64,000 nt of DNA. Source: Felis catus. Lineage: Eukaryota. Shown here piece after piece: positions 24,201 through 38,200 of this stretch. Where the stretch lies: positions 182,654,001 to 182,718,000 of the forward strand of contig NC_058368.1 of the NCBI RefSeq assembly GCF_018350175.1, read 5' to 3'. The notes beneath the pieces were generated by a model that made no database searches, had not been told where the DNA came from, and saw nothing but the letters and a program-made list of their open reading frames with translations. Position 1 is the first letter of the stretch; every line of letters starts with the position of its first letter. The position numbers and the translations under genes are program-made.

Positions 24201-25911
24201 AATCTAGACAGATCGAGACTGTCTAACTGCTTTCTAAAATGACTATTTGAAATTTATTAGTAAAGTGTACCAAAGAGGATATATTAATTTGGAGTTAAAA
24301 AACCACTAAATATAGTAATTTATCTATTGCATCCATTTTTGTAACCAACCATACACTACCTTGTCTCACTCTAGCGTGTCATTGTTTGAAGGCACTCTCA
24401 TCACTATGTAATTGCAAATCCCTTAAGTATAAAATGTTCAGTACAAGGCCAAACACACAGTAGGGGCTCAATAATGTAGAATTAATAAAATAATTTGATT
24501 TAAAACACTGGAATTTTAAGAGTTGAGGTTTAGTTTGTTGCTTATTACTAGGTGCTTTACATTCGGGGAGAGGGGTTATATCATGATCTTTTAAGGTTTT
24601 CTTTAAGGTATCTCTTTTGCTTGAGCAATCCTGTTTATTAAACCTGAGACATCATGGATTCAGTAGATATTTACACTCAGATCATAACATATACATCAAA
24701 AGAAAGACTGAGTAGCTAACATGAAGGCCAACTAGAATACAAGCATCATATTTGCGTGTTTCGGGTTGTGTTTTTATTACTAGATTTTTAAAGGATGGAA
24801 GAAATATTTTCAGAAATCATTCATTCTACTGCTAGGGTTTCATCCAGTATTGAGTATTATAATGCCTTGTAGATGAGTGATATAAGTACTAAAAGCAAAA
24901 GAACAGTTATTTTACTCCTACAGAGTCAACATGTGCTTATAAGAATCATATCCATAATTCTTCTGAAAGCAAAAATTTCCCCTTAATTAAGTTCCTATTC
25001 TTTCAGTTAGAGATATAAAACACTGGCTCTATTTTACCACAGCAGAAGAAGAAATAAACTGAGAACTAGAAATCTGTCTACATATGAAAGCTCAAGCTTA
25101 CAGTTGACTCCTTTAAAAATCATTAAAGGAACTATAATAAATTGCATCCTTTGAAATGGAAATTACCTAACTTCCAAATTCACTTTTCAGGAACTTTTTT
25201 TTTTTTTTCTTTTGGATGATATGTTCTCAATATGATTTCTTCCAGACCACAATTTTCCTTTTCTTTTACCTCCAGGTTTAATCCCAATCAAAGCTAGCAA
25301 GTTCCATCCCTGTGGGGCACTAAAGAGAATTGTTTCACATTGTTACTGGGAGGATTTGTGACTTTAATTATTTTTGCAATTATTTGCTACAATTCAACTG
25401 TGATTTTATTCTATAATCACAGTTTTACTTCCTGATCAATTATTTGATGCCTCTTCAAAACAATTTGGTTAATCTAACTTTGGGCCTTACACATTATGTT
25501 GTTTCATAAGTGCTCATAGTTTGGTTTCTTGTTGGAATACTTCAGAAAAGCAATAAACCTTCCCATGGGGCAGACAGAGCTTTGCAACTTTTTTGTAACA
25601 ATTTAATTAGCAAAATTATCAGAAATGTACTTTATACCATTGTGATATTTCAGCCTATTTTATGTTTCCAACCAGCAACCCCCCTACTTGGCTACTTAAA
25701 TATGAAAATCTAGATCATGATTAAGTTACTGAGCAAAATAGTTCATTTATTTAGGGAGATACTTAAAAGTCACAGTCATTTTTATGTTATGTCTGATAAG
25801 ATAATTTTCTTCATTTTTTTGCATACTTTCATTGAAACTGTCCAAAAATATGTTTTTCCTTACCTATTGCCCTTTTTTTTCCCCCTAGTCAGGTTTATTT
25901 TCCTTTCCTAT

Positions 25912-26126
25912 TTTTTTTATTAATGTTTATTATTTATTTTTGAGAGAGAGAGACAGAGTGCAAGCAGGAGAGGGGCAGAGAGAAAGGGAGACACAGAATC
26001 CGAAGCAGGTTCAAGGCTCTGAGCTGTCAGCACAGAGCCCAACACAGGGTTTGAACCAACGAAACGTGAGATCATGACCTGAGCCGAAGTTGGACACTTA
26101 ACCGACTGAGCCACCCAGGGTCCCCC
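25912..26126 (-). mobile_element. Can-SINE with TSD
   Basis: TSD TTCCTTTCCTAT on both sides. Confidence 0.95.
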
Positions 26127-26689
26127 TTCCTTTCCTATCTTAATAAAAATGCAATACATGTTTTCAGTGAAGAGAAACCATTTTTTTTAATTGAGAGGGA
26201 AACAAATAAACTAATACATATGAATTTAGATTTTACATGAATATTAAATTGTTTTTAAGAAATGAGAATTACTTCTAAGCTGAATTTCAAAATGAGCTAT
26301 TTTAGAATAAAAAATAGTGAATCTTTTCCTCTGGGGTGAGTTTTTTTGTTTTTTTTTTTTTTGTTTTTTTTTTTGTTTTTTTTTTGTTTTTTTGCTATCT
26401 CTACCTCATCAGTGTGACCATTCAGGTTTACCATTAACCAAGATTTATCTTGGCATCTCACATGAACAGATTTTTTTTCAAATGGCCCAATAAATGCCTA
26501 TTGCTAATTGTGGCAGAAATGTAATCTAATTGGTCAGAACCAATAGCAAATAAAACAACACTTATGATCAGACAATTCAATTATACACTTTTAGACTTTC
26601 AAACTACTGGTCTCATGTTGATCAGCTCCATAGTTCTACAGGAGTTGGGAAAAATGTAGATTTCATAGACTAGAAAACTTTTGGTTTAC

Positions 26690-27245
26690 TGAGTATTTTA
26701 GTTTCCTATTGCTGCATTCACAGCAATATGCTGTGAAACAACATATGCTTAAAACAATATAAAAGTATTTATGCTTAAAAAAGTGTTTTATGCTTAAAAC
26801 AACATAAAAATATTATCTTGTCGTTATGGAGATCAGAAGGCCAAAATGAGTCTTAGTAGGCTAAAATCAAAGTGTCTGCATGGCTGCACTCCTTTCTGGA
26901 AATTCTAAGGGAGAATTTATTTTTTCACTTCCCCCGACTTTTGGAGGTTATCCGTATTGTTTGGCTCATAACTCCTTTCCTCTATCTTCAAAGTCAGCAA
27001 TGACCATTTGAGTCTCTCTGACATTACTTCACTGTGACACTGACATTCCTACCTTTCTCTTCCCATTTAAGGACCCTTTTGATTACATCAGGTCCACCTG
27101 GATAATCTAGGATAATCCCTCCATTTTAAGGTCAGCTGAGAGCTACCTTAATTTCATCTGCAGCCTTAGTTCTTCTTTGACATGTGATATAACATATTCA
27201 CAGATTCTGGGGATTTGAACATGCATGTCTGCGGACCACACTCAG
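26690..27245 (-). mobile_element. MLT1 (MaLR) LTR
   Basis: TTAGTTTCCTATTGCTGC start, GGCTAAAATCAAAGTGTC, ACCTGGATAATCTAGGATAATC; local triplication of TATGCTTAAAA. Confidence 0.85.
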
Positions 27246-27989
27246 GAATACTAAAAACCTTAAAAAGATTCTGCATAAACTTCAAACCACAGCTATCCAA
27301 AGTCTGGATGAAGTTCAACATTGGAGCATTTTTGGGGTCTTCTTGCAGTTGATTCACATTCCTGTTTATTTCTTCATTACAAATGACATAAAAGCAGAAT
27401 AAATTCTTTGAACTTTTTGCAAACCTTTACAATTTCATCATCGATTTTATGGACAATTTCACATTTATATTTTGAAAAGTGCTTTGCCTAAATCCAACCA
27501 AATATGCACTTGGAAGCTGTTTCTTATTAACTTTATCATATTGCATGTGGAAATCTCTCTCAATCAGAATAAGAAAAAAATGTAGGAAAGAAAAAAATCA
27601 GAGCAATGGTGAAATTAAAGTTGGAATAGAATCCAGTGAATTTTTTCTTTTCTTTTTTATGTTTGTCTATACCCAAAGTCTCACATTCATCCTTTACTAT
27701 TAGTGAGAAGAAAACTAAGAGAAGAATATGCTATAGTATAAGATGAATAGTTGTACTAATTTGCCTACCTTATCTACCTGTCATTTCTGATCCATCCAGC
27801 CACCTTTTCATCCATTATTGCTTCAATAAGATAAACAATTATCTATCTATTTTGTCTTTTAGATCATTTATCAAAGATTTACTAAATTGCCTATCAATTC
27901 TTAGGCTCAATCTTAAAAAAAATATTAAAGTAAGAAAGAGCTATATAAAATTTTTTAATATGTCTATGGCAGCATGAAATACCAAGTGA

Positions 27990-28430
27990 CTTCTTTCCAG
28001 CATTCTCCTCTAGTAGAGATGGTTATTTGATCATCACTCTCCTGTTCCTGTCCTACTGAACTTATGGCTAAATTATATGCCAGTCTCTCTGCATGAGGGT
28101 AAGACCATATGACTCTATTTCAGTCAATAAAAATGTCATGAGAATAGTGTATACCCTTCAATGTCGCATCCCTTAACACTTCTTTTCACCTTTTTGCTTC
28201 CAGGTGTCTGGAATAGAGACTCACCCACAAAGTGATGGCAGGCATCACATTTAAGATAGTGAAGCTGTAATAAAAAATGCCTGTGTTCCATATCACTGAT
28301 TGGAAGAGTGCAGTCCCATCAGTCCTTCCAAACAGAAGTGCTACCTTTGGACTGTTTGAGATAAAAATAAACTTTTACTAGGTTAAGCCATTGAACTTTC
28401 AGCATTTATAGTCACTAGTGTAATTGAACA
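27990..28430 (+). mobile_element. Old MLT1 LTR
   Basis: TGGACTGTTTGAGATAAAAATAAACTTTTACTAGGTTAAGCCATTGA 3' motif. Confidence 0.6.
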
Positions 28431-28439
28431 GATATAAAA

Positions 28440-31400
28440 CCAAAAATGTGAATTGAAAAAAGCATTAGAACTACAAAATCAGCTAAAGTCTTCATAGACA
28501 TTTATGTAGGATGAAATACAGTAGTAACCATAGAGAGAAAAGTGAAAATGAGGAGGCTGAATATCAGTAGATTTCTAGAAATGCAAGCCAAACAGCACTC
28601 CCTAGATGCAATGGGCTCATCCTGAAATTACATAATCCTGTAGCCTGTGCATCAAACAAGAGCTGTGAGATTTGAAATTATTGGTACTGTAATCTATGGA
28701 ACAGAAACCATAGGGGCAACACCATAAAAGATGCTTGGAGAACAGACTAAAAAAAAAAAAAAACAAAAAACAAACAAACAAAAAACCAAAAACAACAACA
28801 ACAAAAACAACAAAACAAAACAACAGGCATTCTGTAAAAAGCTGAACCAGGAAAACTAAACTAATTCCATGAAACAATAAAAAGGAAGCTAACACCAGAT
28901 AAATACAAAAAATATTATAAAACTAAAAGGTAGAAAACCAGGAAAACTAGCAAAAGTTTTGATAAGAAAAATGTTGCTAAAGAACACATGAAAATTTTGA
29001 CTAAACATATCTCTGAGGATTAGAAGAATATGTATGAGGCAATGCCTCCTCAAGGAAAAGCACACAGCAAATATACAGAAGAATAAAATAAAAATTAAAC
29101 TGACAGAAACCAAAGAATACATGGGAGTGGGGAGAAAGGAAAACTACAACCTTTACAAACAAAGGAAAAAAAATGGAAGAAAAATATCAAAGAGCAGACA
29201 CTGTGGAAAATATCATAAGGGATATAGTGGATGCGAACTACGAAGAACAATTAAAATGAATGAAAAAAAGAAGTTATAAGGTAAAATATTTATAGAAACA
29301 AAAAGATAATTTTAGATATAAGGCAAAAATAGATATAATACTCTTAATTGACTCTGCCATAGAGGTAAATAAAATATTTGAATGGGAAAATTACATGAAG
29401 ATACATTCAAGTACATATTCTTGAATAAATTGAAATATGAATCTGTATGGTTAAAAGGCACACCATATGCCAAGAAAAATTGACCCAGAATGGTTAACAT
29501 GGGATATACTTACTGAAATACTGGATCTTAATGATATGGAAAAAATCTTTTGAGCAGATCTAATAAGAAGACCAAATCTTTAATTAAAACATCAAATTGA
29601 CATCAAATTGAAAATACCAATATTCAAAACCAGAGAAGCACATAAAAGATTAAATAAAATGAAAGGTGATAAAATTATACCTATTAGAAAAAGAAATGTG
29701 ATCTAAGGAATTATTTATCCAACCATGCTGTTCCCTATGTAAAGAGTCAACAAATAAATATTTTTTGAATATGGAAGACTCAATGGACAGATTTCCCTTG
29801 AGCCCTTATTTAGAAAAACAGAAAACCATTACATGACTTGAGCCAAATAAGAGATTTTTTGTGGGGGTGGGGAATCAGAGTGAAAAGGATTAGTGATAAG
29901 TATTGAGTATTTTAAATAACAGAATTAAAAATAAAATAGATTCACAGATTATAGTTAGAGATCACAATTTAAATTATATGCCCTGACAAGACAGAAACAA
30001 TATGACCAAGAGAGTAATTAGAGTGAATAAGGATAAGAAAATGGAAAATTCGAACAAAAAGAAAGATCAGGGCAAGGGGAACTGGTGTGTTTATTGCTAT
30101 AACCAATAATAGTCTGTTTTGATTGAGAAATCTTGTGTTTAGTTTCAGACATGAATGTATACATATGTGATTTCACATATATGTGAATATATATCTTTAT
30201 ACACATACACACAAACATCAGAGTCCAAATCACCAATTATAAGAAACAAAAAATACAAAACTTTCCCATTGGATCACAGAGCAAAGCCCAAATCTATACT
30301 GTGTATAAAAGACATCCGTAAACAAACTTCTTGAGGGAGTATGAAAATGAATGGATGTGAAAAACTGTATCAGGAAAATAAAATATTAAAGCATGCATCA
30401 TGGTCTTAATATCAGTACAATATATACAAATAAATGCAGTATTATTATGTGAAACAAATAAGAGTGTTTTATGATGATATAGTATGTGAATTATACTGAC
30501 CCTAAATTCACAAATTATAAATAATAGAAAATACAAGGAGAAATAGAAATACACTAATTGTGGGAAAAATAATGATAATATAGTCTATTAATGAATTCCT
30601 ACAGTAGTGCTTATAGAATATTCACCAAAAAAATTACTGTGTATTACAAAAGAAAGCTTCAATCGGTGCTGAAACAGGGAAAAAAGTATTGAAAAATGTA
30701 TCATATGTCAATATAATAATCTAGAATTTAAAAACCAAAATAGAAACAAAAATAGAAAAGATCATTCTTCTTGTATTAAGAAAAAAATGTGTATTCTATT
30801 AGTGCAGGATAAAGGAATAACTCAATCAGTGAATAATATATATATATATATATTATTAATCAATTGTGTTGGCACAATAATGTAAAAAATACATATATCA
30901 AACACTAATTTTAGGATAAATGACAAACTGAGAAAAAAATTTTGCAACCCACAGCACAAGGTGATCATACACCAAAATGTATAAATATAGATCTAGGAAA
31001 TCGGTGCGCTAAGCACTAAAACCAGTACCAAAAAAAAAAAAAAAAAATGAGTAAGAAATGTGAACATTAAACTCACAGAAAAGAATGTAAAAACATTTTT
31101 AAACATATGCCCAGATGATAATCCTGAACAATATTAATAGAACAAAATTGCTACTACACTGAATTATTCTTTTTCACCTATTCTATTAATCAAAAGGAAA
31201 TTCAGTAACAAATTCTGTTAAAAAGACTATGGGGGAAATGAGTTTTCAAACATAGCTGCTAGGAATATAAGTTAATTTAATCTCTGTATAAGACAATCTA
31301 GCAATAGTTATCAATATTAGAAACCCTGACCTGGAAATTTCACCATTGTGAACATATCCCACAAACATACTTATGTGTCAAATGTCCTCTGTAATAACTA

Positions 31401-31460
31401 TTCACTATAGTAATATTTTTAATAGCAAGAAATGAAAAATGTCCATTGACAGAAGATTGT
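28440..31460 (+). mobile_element. Old, heavily decayed L1 (L1M/L1ME-like)
   Basis: Strong A-rich strand bias; remnants resembling ORF1, the endonuclease domain and the ORF2 end. Confidence 0.6.
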
Positions 31461-31465
31461 TTTAA

Positions 31466-32380
31466 TATATGCAAATGATATATCCAATAAGGGGTTAATA
31501 TACAAAATACACAAAGAACCTATACAAGTCAATACCAAAAAATCAATCAATCAATAATCTGATTTATAAATGGGCAGATGCCCGGAATAGACATTTTTCC
31601 AAAGAAGACATATAGGTGGCCAGCAGACAAATGAAAATACGGTCAACATCATCATCAGGGAAATGCAAATCAAAACCACAATGTGATATCATCTCACACC
31701 TGTCAGAATGGATAAAATAAAAAATACAAGAAACAAGTGCTGGCGAAGATGTGGAGAAAAAGGAACCCTCATGCACTGCTGGTTGGAATGCAAATTGGTG
31801 CAGCCACCTTAGAAAACAGCCACCTTAGAAAATTAAAAATACTTTTACTATATAATCCAGTATTTCCATTACTGGTGTCTACTCAAAGAAAACAAAAACA
31901 CTAATTCAGAGGCATATATACACCCCTATGTTTATTGCAGCATTACTTACAATAGTCAAGATCTGAAAGCAACCCATGTATCCGTGAATGGATGAATATA
32001 TAAAGAAGACATGGTATATACATACAATAAAATATTACCCATCCATAAAACACAATGAGATCTTGCCATTTGCAACAACATGGATAGACCTACAGGATAT
32101 AATCCTAAATGAAATAAGTCAGACACAGAAAGAAAAATACCATGTGATTTCACTCATATGTTGAATTTAAGAAACAAAACAGAGGAACAAACACAGAAAA
32201 AAGACTTAATAAAACAAACTCTTAAATACAGACAGCAAACTTGTGGTTGTCAGAGGGGAGGTGGATAGGGGCATGGCTGAAATGGATTAAGAATACACTT
32301 ATCTTTAAGAGCACTGAATAATAAATAGAACTGTTGAATCATATTGCATATCTGAAGTTATACTTCAATAAAAAAGAAAA
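31466..32380 (+). mobile_element. 5'-truncated carnivore-era L1 (ORF2 C-terminus and 3' UTR)
   Basis: Translates IYANDISNKGLIYKIHKE; contains AATAGACATTTTTCCAAAGAAGACATA and GGGAAATGCAAATCAAAACCACAATG; ends in AATAAA and an A tail; stops and indels present. Confidence 0.92.
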
Positions 32381-33399
32381 AAAATATATTTGTGTATACA
32401 TGTATATAATAAGTAAAAAAGATAAAGAAACAATGCATATGGTTTCCTATATTTTGACTAGAAAAGAAGGTTAAATGAAGAATCTATATTCATGTTTGTG
32501 TGTGCAGCATAAAGGTGCTCTGGAAGGATATAAAATAAACATAGGGGCTTTTAATGGATAGATAGGAGAAAAAATGGGAGGAAAACATTTCCATTGTTTC
32601 ATATACCATTTATAATTATTTTGTTTTTTTTTTAATATTATAAATATAATTTTATCTAAGCATTGAGTGAAAACAAAATAAGGAAAAGCCTCCAACACTC
32701 ATTTCCCCCAATCACTCATCTGGTACTCAAATTCCCCATAGAGCCCACTTTTCCTAATGAAAGAATTTGATGATGCTTTTGATGCCTTGAATGAAGACAA
32801 CAGTAAACCTAGAACCAAATACTAATTTAAAGATACCAGCCAGTTGAGATTTGGCTATTCCAGGTATAGATAAATATGACCTAGTAATTTGTAAGCATAA
32901 CACCATTAAAAGTAGTCTATATTTTCTGTTCTTTGGGAGAATTAATGTTCTTTTTTACTTTTTTCAGTTCAGGAAGAAAACATCTCTATCTTGAAAAGAC
33001 AAGCAAATGGAAATCCCAGTCCAAATTTTATTTTGAAGTTATGTTAGTTTGTCCAGCTTGACAATAAGAACTGTTTTCTTTTTTGTCATCATCAATCTTG
33101 TCTGTGATATATTGTATTTTAAGAACATGAAAGCAAGCTACACAGGAACAGAACTGCAATGTAAGTCAACCTGCCATTCAATGCACTAATCCTCTAAACA
33201 TCTCAACTGTCAAGTGACAGATACCTGGGAGCTCCTGTGCAGCCGATAAAGAAAATCACTGGGCAACAAATGAAAAATGTTCAAAGAAAACTAGATGCAC
33301 ATGCCTTGATACAGTTTTCCATCCCAAATGTGGAAATGAATGATACAGTCGTATTTTAACCTTACATAGTATGTGTATAATACAAATATCATAACCTAG

Positions 33400-33590
33400 T
33401 TACTCTACTAAACACTTGACATCAGTTAAATTCCACAGTAACTATGTAGAGTGAGCATTATTATCCCCATTTTTCTATTGAGAAAAATAGAAGCTCAAGA
33501 TGGTACGGAAACCTATCCAAGGTCCAAGGGATCAGAGCTGAGATTCAAAACTAGGCTGTTTGATTTCAAAGTATTATTATTCTCATTAAA
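33400..33590 (-). mobile_element. MIR SINE
   Basis: ATTATTATCCCCATTTT...GAGAAAA...AGAGCTGAGATTCAAA. Confidence 0.7.
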
Positions 33591-33602
33591 TTGCCAGTTT
33601 TA

Positions 33603-33745
33603 GGGGTGCCTGGGGGCTCGGTCGGTTAAATGTCCAACTCCTAATTTTGGCTCAGGTCATGATCTTGCAGTCATGAGATGAAGCACCGCGAAGGCCTGCT
33701 CGCTGAGTGTGGAGCCTTCTTGGGATTCATTCATTCATTCACTCA

Positions 33746-33776
<31 letters not shown>

Positions 33777-33879
33777 CCCCCCTCTCCCTGTCTCTTCCCC
33801 TCTCTCCCCCTCTCTCTCCTGCTCACTCTGACTCTTTGAAAACAAATAAATAAATAAATCTTTTTTTTTTTTTTTTAAC
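33603..33879 (+). mobile_element. Can-SINE (older) with expanded (CATT)n/(CT)n
   Basis: Head GGGGTGCCTGG; TSD AATTRCCAGTTT. Confidence 0.92.
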
Positions 33880-34311
33880 AATTACCAGTTTATAGAGATC
33901 TACATCTGGAATAGCCACACTTGATTTGGCTAGTGACTCTTTAAATCACTATTTGATTCTCTGTTTACTACTGTTTTCCTTTTACTCAAGGTGTTAAAAG
34001 CATTCCTAATTACTTTGCTCTCCTATGCAAGGCATCACATAAACACTGCTTTTATACTTAACCTCTGATGCACAATAAACAATCTTAGGTAACTGAGCAG
34101 ATTGATGAATTGGAAGGGGTTCAACAGAAATAGCAACACTTTATACATGTGTATATAACAATTCAATTAAAAACACTCATGTCTTATGTTATACTTATAG
34201 GTAATCTGAATTAATTTAAAATTTGGAAAGACAGAAAGTCAGAAAACATTACATTACTTGGTTATCTTTACGGTAATAATTACATTGGTTATCTTTTCCT
34301 TTGACACACAG

Positions 34312-34357
34312 GTTATATTTTACCTATGGTTCTGGAAAACACAAATTATTTCAAAGG
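34312..34357 (+). other. Candidate 46-nt exon of an unidentified transcript
   Basis: Acceptor TCTTTTCCTTTGACACACAG| and donor AGG|GTAAGA in non-repeat sequence; open in all three frames; no homology recognised. Confidence 0.25.
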
Positions 34358-34729
34358 GTAAGAAATAACCCAAATATCTGCATGGGGAATTCCATTATTA
34401 GTGCTGAAATAATACAGATAATCTTTTTAGATACATTTTTATCTGATTATCTCTGTTTTTAGAAGTTTGTACTGTGTCTAGATGCTGTTTCTCTACATGA
34501 AAATGATACAGTTTGAAAATAAAAATTATTGCAAATAAGAGAAAAATTCTTACTCTGTACTTTGTTAGAATACATAAGGATATTTTCCTGTACCTGATGT
34601 TCAATATAACTTAAAATTTTGAATCTGAAAGGAAGTAAATCCAATTCACTGGGTCATAGACATGGGCAGCTATCAAGTTAGAATTCTTTCAGTGGATTTT
34701 TAAGGAAAAATGCTTATAGTCTAAAGTCC

Positions 34730-35220
34730 AGATATGTTTTCATGGACTTCAGGGCCCTAGGTTATCTCACTCCTTTCTGCTTTACCTTCAGCTACCAACA
34801 TTTCAGCTATGTTGGACTGATCATATGGTGTCATATGGACCTCAATCTGATAAATTCACTCTCATCTCAAGGCCTTAGCATATATTTGCTACATGTAATT
34901 CTTACAACACTAATCTCCAGTTATTCATTCCTATGTTTGGTTCCTGATCTCTTTAATCAGTTCTCCACTTCTTCAGAGATACCATTCTGACCACCCAGTC
35001 AACCAAAAACCACCAACAATGGACTCTGCTCACTCTCTTAATATATTATTTTTGGTTTCTTTATCACATATCCGTGAATTTATATTGTTTATATACTTGT
35101 GTAATATTTTTATTTTCACTAAAAATGTAAATTTTTTATCCTGTGCATCACTAAAGCCTCAGCATTTTGAATAGATAATGACACGTAATAAGTATACAAT
35201 AGGTATGTGTTACATCAACA
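34730..35220 (+). mobile_element. L2 3' region, degraded
   Basis: TCTCAAGGCCTTAGCA...CTTCAGAGATACCATTCTGACCACCC. Confidence 0.55.
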
Positions 35221-35302
35221 TTTTTTTTAAGTTTTTCTAGTAGAGTACTACATAAATGTATAGGATTAAAGAAAATAAATGCTTTTAATATTTCTATTCC
35301 AA

Positions 35303-35630
35303 GGGAGCTTGGGTGGCTCAGTCAGTTAAGCATCCAACTCTTGATTTCAGCTCAGGTCATAATCCCAGGGTCATGGGATCAAGCCCTGCATCAGACTCTG
35401 TACTGAGCAAGGAGCCTGCTTAAGATTCTTGCTCTCTACCTGTCTGCCCCTCTCCCCAACACTCTCTCTAAAACAAACAAACAAACAAACAAACAAACAA
35501 CAAAAAAAAAAAAATAGGGACACCCGGGTAGCTCCGTCATAGCCTGGAGACTGCTTCTGATTCTGGGTGTGTGTCTCTCTCTTTCTGCCACTCCCTAACT
35601 CATGCTCTGTCTCTCTCTCTTGCAAAAAAA

Positions 35631-35661
<31 letters not shown>

Positions 35662-35700
35662 ACATTAAAAAAAATTAAAGTAAAAAATAAAATAAATAAA
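35303..35700 (+). mobile_element. Tandem Can-SINE pair (35303-35515 and deleted copy 35517-35700)
   Basis: Two heads and two A-rich tails; outer TSD AATAnnTCTATTCC at 35287-35300 and 35701-35714. Confidence 0.9.
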
Positions 35701-37139
35701 AATACGTCTATTCCCATCCTTTCCTTTATGTCCTCCTATTACTGGTATCTCAAGTAGCACAATGAGCACTAATGTACAGAACATCCATGCTCCTATTAGT
35801 TCCGTGTTTAGCTAGCTGTGTAACCGTGGGCCATCACACATTCACCAGTTTCGATGTCTTTATTTATAAATGAGCCTGAAATTCTTCTTTAACTCTAAAC
35901 ACCATTTTATAAAAATGGGATTTCATAAAGAAGGAAAACTTATTTAATAATATTTAAATAACTGGGTGAATACACACATTTATACATACTGTTTTAGAGA
36001 AGAAATAGGTTGGCATATTTGGGCTAAAAAAACTAAGACTGCAACATATACTTAAGTTAATTCCTATTTAAATAAATCTTGCAACATCAAAGCTTGGTAG
36101 TCTATTTTTTGCACATGCATTCAAAACCCCTAGAGCAATAGGCAGGTTTTTAATGACTCAAAAAGTAGAAACTGCCAATTTATTTTTCCTCAAATAATTA
36201 AATCTTTAATTAATTTCACATATAGTTAGTAATAAGCATCATTCTAGTTTTGAACTTTCAAGTATTCCTCAGTTTGCTTTTAGCATGCTTCTGTGCTTAC
36301 TGGAGCTACTTAAGTCTCACGATCAGTTTGAGAATAGCTCTTAAACTTTCACTTAAAAAAAATAAAACACATTCCAAATGATGTGGGGAACTGTTGAGTC
36401 AAGAGATACAAATTATATGAAACCATAAAGTGGCATAATTGAGCAAAGCAATTTTGGTGAGAAACTAAAAAGGAGGGGGAAATCATGTAAATGTGATTAT
36501 TTCTAATTAGAAACAATGAGTAACCAAATCAAATTATACAATGAGGATTTGATTTAGATCCCTGGAGGAAAGCAACACACGCATTTGCATTCATCTCCAG
36601 CATTTCCTTTTCTCTTATTCCTTTTTGAATGCTTTCTTAGGCCCTTAATTGTAAGTGAGATGGTTGTTAGTACAGATCGTTAGAATAGCTGTGTGTATGA
36701 AGGTGGATATTCCAGTAAAGATTTATGTTCTTTCTTCATATTCACCAAAAACTTCTCAGGTGTGTGACACAAAGAAGGCGCAAACCTTTTCCAAATTCAC
36801 TGCTTAGTGTTCTTACATAAACTGTAAGAAGTGAGATTTACTGTGAGATCCAAGTATTGGGTCTAGATTTGTGATAACTCATGAAGTAATCTTGAATAAG
36901 TAATCTAATCGTTAATTACCTAAAGCCCTTCTCTACAAAATTAAAGTCTGTGTTGGAGTGGGGGTAAATAGATTAGACAAAATTTATGCAACCTATGTTA
37001 AGAAGTTACTTCTGCTACGTGTTTGGAGGAAAGCCAGATTATGTACTTAAGACCCTAGCAAAGTAAGAGCACAATGTAAAATAGAATAGTGTAGACCTCA
37101 ATGAACTTATCTAGAAATTTAAAATTAAAAAAACTACTA

Positions 37140-37590
37140 AGGGGTGGGGGGTTAAGTGATGAATCACTAAATTCTACACCTAAAATTAATATTACACTCT
37201 ATGTTAACTGACTGGAATTTAAATAAAAATGTGATCCTTTCACAATGTAAAATATATGCATTTATCAAATCATCATGTGGTATGCTTAAAATCTTACAAC
37301 TGCATTTGTCAATTAGATTTCATTAAGGCTGAAAAAACATCATATTTGTTGAGATAGAAAACAAATTGGTGGCTTTCAGGTCCCACAGTGAATGGTAGGT
37401 AGGAGAGCAACTGCTTAATGTGTAAAGAGCTTCCTTTTGGGTGAGGAAAATGCTTTGGAACTAGATACAGGTGGTGACTGCACAGCACCGTGAATGTCCT
37501 GAATGTCACTGAAGTGTTTGCTGACAATGGTTAAATTTTTTCGCATAAATTTCACCTCAGTGAAAAGTTTTTTTAAGGAGAAAAAAAATA
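37140..37590 (+). mobile_element. Stack of three L1 3'-end fragments
   Basis: TATGTTAACTGACTGGAATTTAAATAAA; TATCAAATCATCATGT...AAGGCTGAAAAAA; GGAACTAGATACAGGTGGTGACTGCACA. Confidence 0.75.
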
Positions 37591-37869
37591 GTTGCTTCCA
37601 TTTTACCAGGTTATTAGTCTCTACAACTGACACTGAGTTAGAGGAGAGAATGGCCAACCAGCTTCTTTACTGGATGACGAGTATATTAAATTCAAACAAA
37701 ACAAAACAAAACAAAACAAACCCCACTAAGGTTATTTAAAATTTATCTTACATCTAAATTATATGTAACTTTAGTTCAAATATGAATTAACAAATGATCC
37801 CTATTAATTTGTTCTGATTTATTTTCATGGTTCTCTTCTTTAATCCTTTTTTTTTAAAGACTTATCTGC

Positions 37870-38200
37870 TATTCTTTGAACACAATACACCCCCTCTCTC
37901 ATCTTAGGGTCTCTGTACTTAACTATTTCTTCAAATGGAGTATTTTTACTTCGAGGGAGCCCTTACTAAATCACTCATAATCTTTTTATTCTGCTCTATT
38001 TTCCTTTATAAAGGTATTATCCCATGCCATTATATTGCATATTTATTTACCACTTTGCTTATTGTCTGACTCACCTACCGTAATATAAGCTCCATGATAG
38101 TAGACACATTGTTTGTCCCCCCCGCCTTTGGTAACCCCCCAGTGTCTAGAAAAGTGCTTTGCTCTTAAGATGAGCACAGTGAATATAAATGTTTGAATGT
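37870..38200 (+). mobile_element. L2 3' region
   Basis: TATTGTCTG...ATATAAGCTCCATGA...CCCAGTGTCTAGAA. Confidence 0.65.

Noticed and set aside
31466..32380. Active L1 or intact ORF2
   Set aside because: 5'-truncated to about 0.9 kb with stops, deletions and a 16-bp tandem duplication (CAGCCACCTTAGAAAA).
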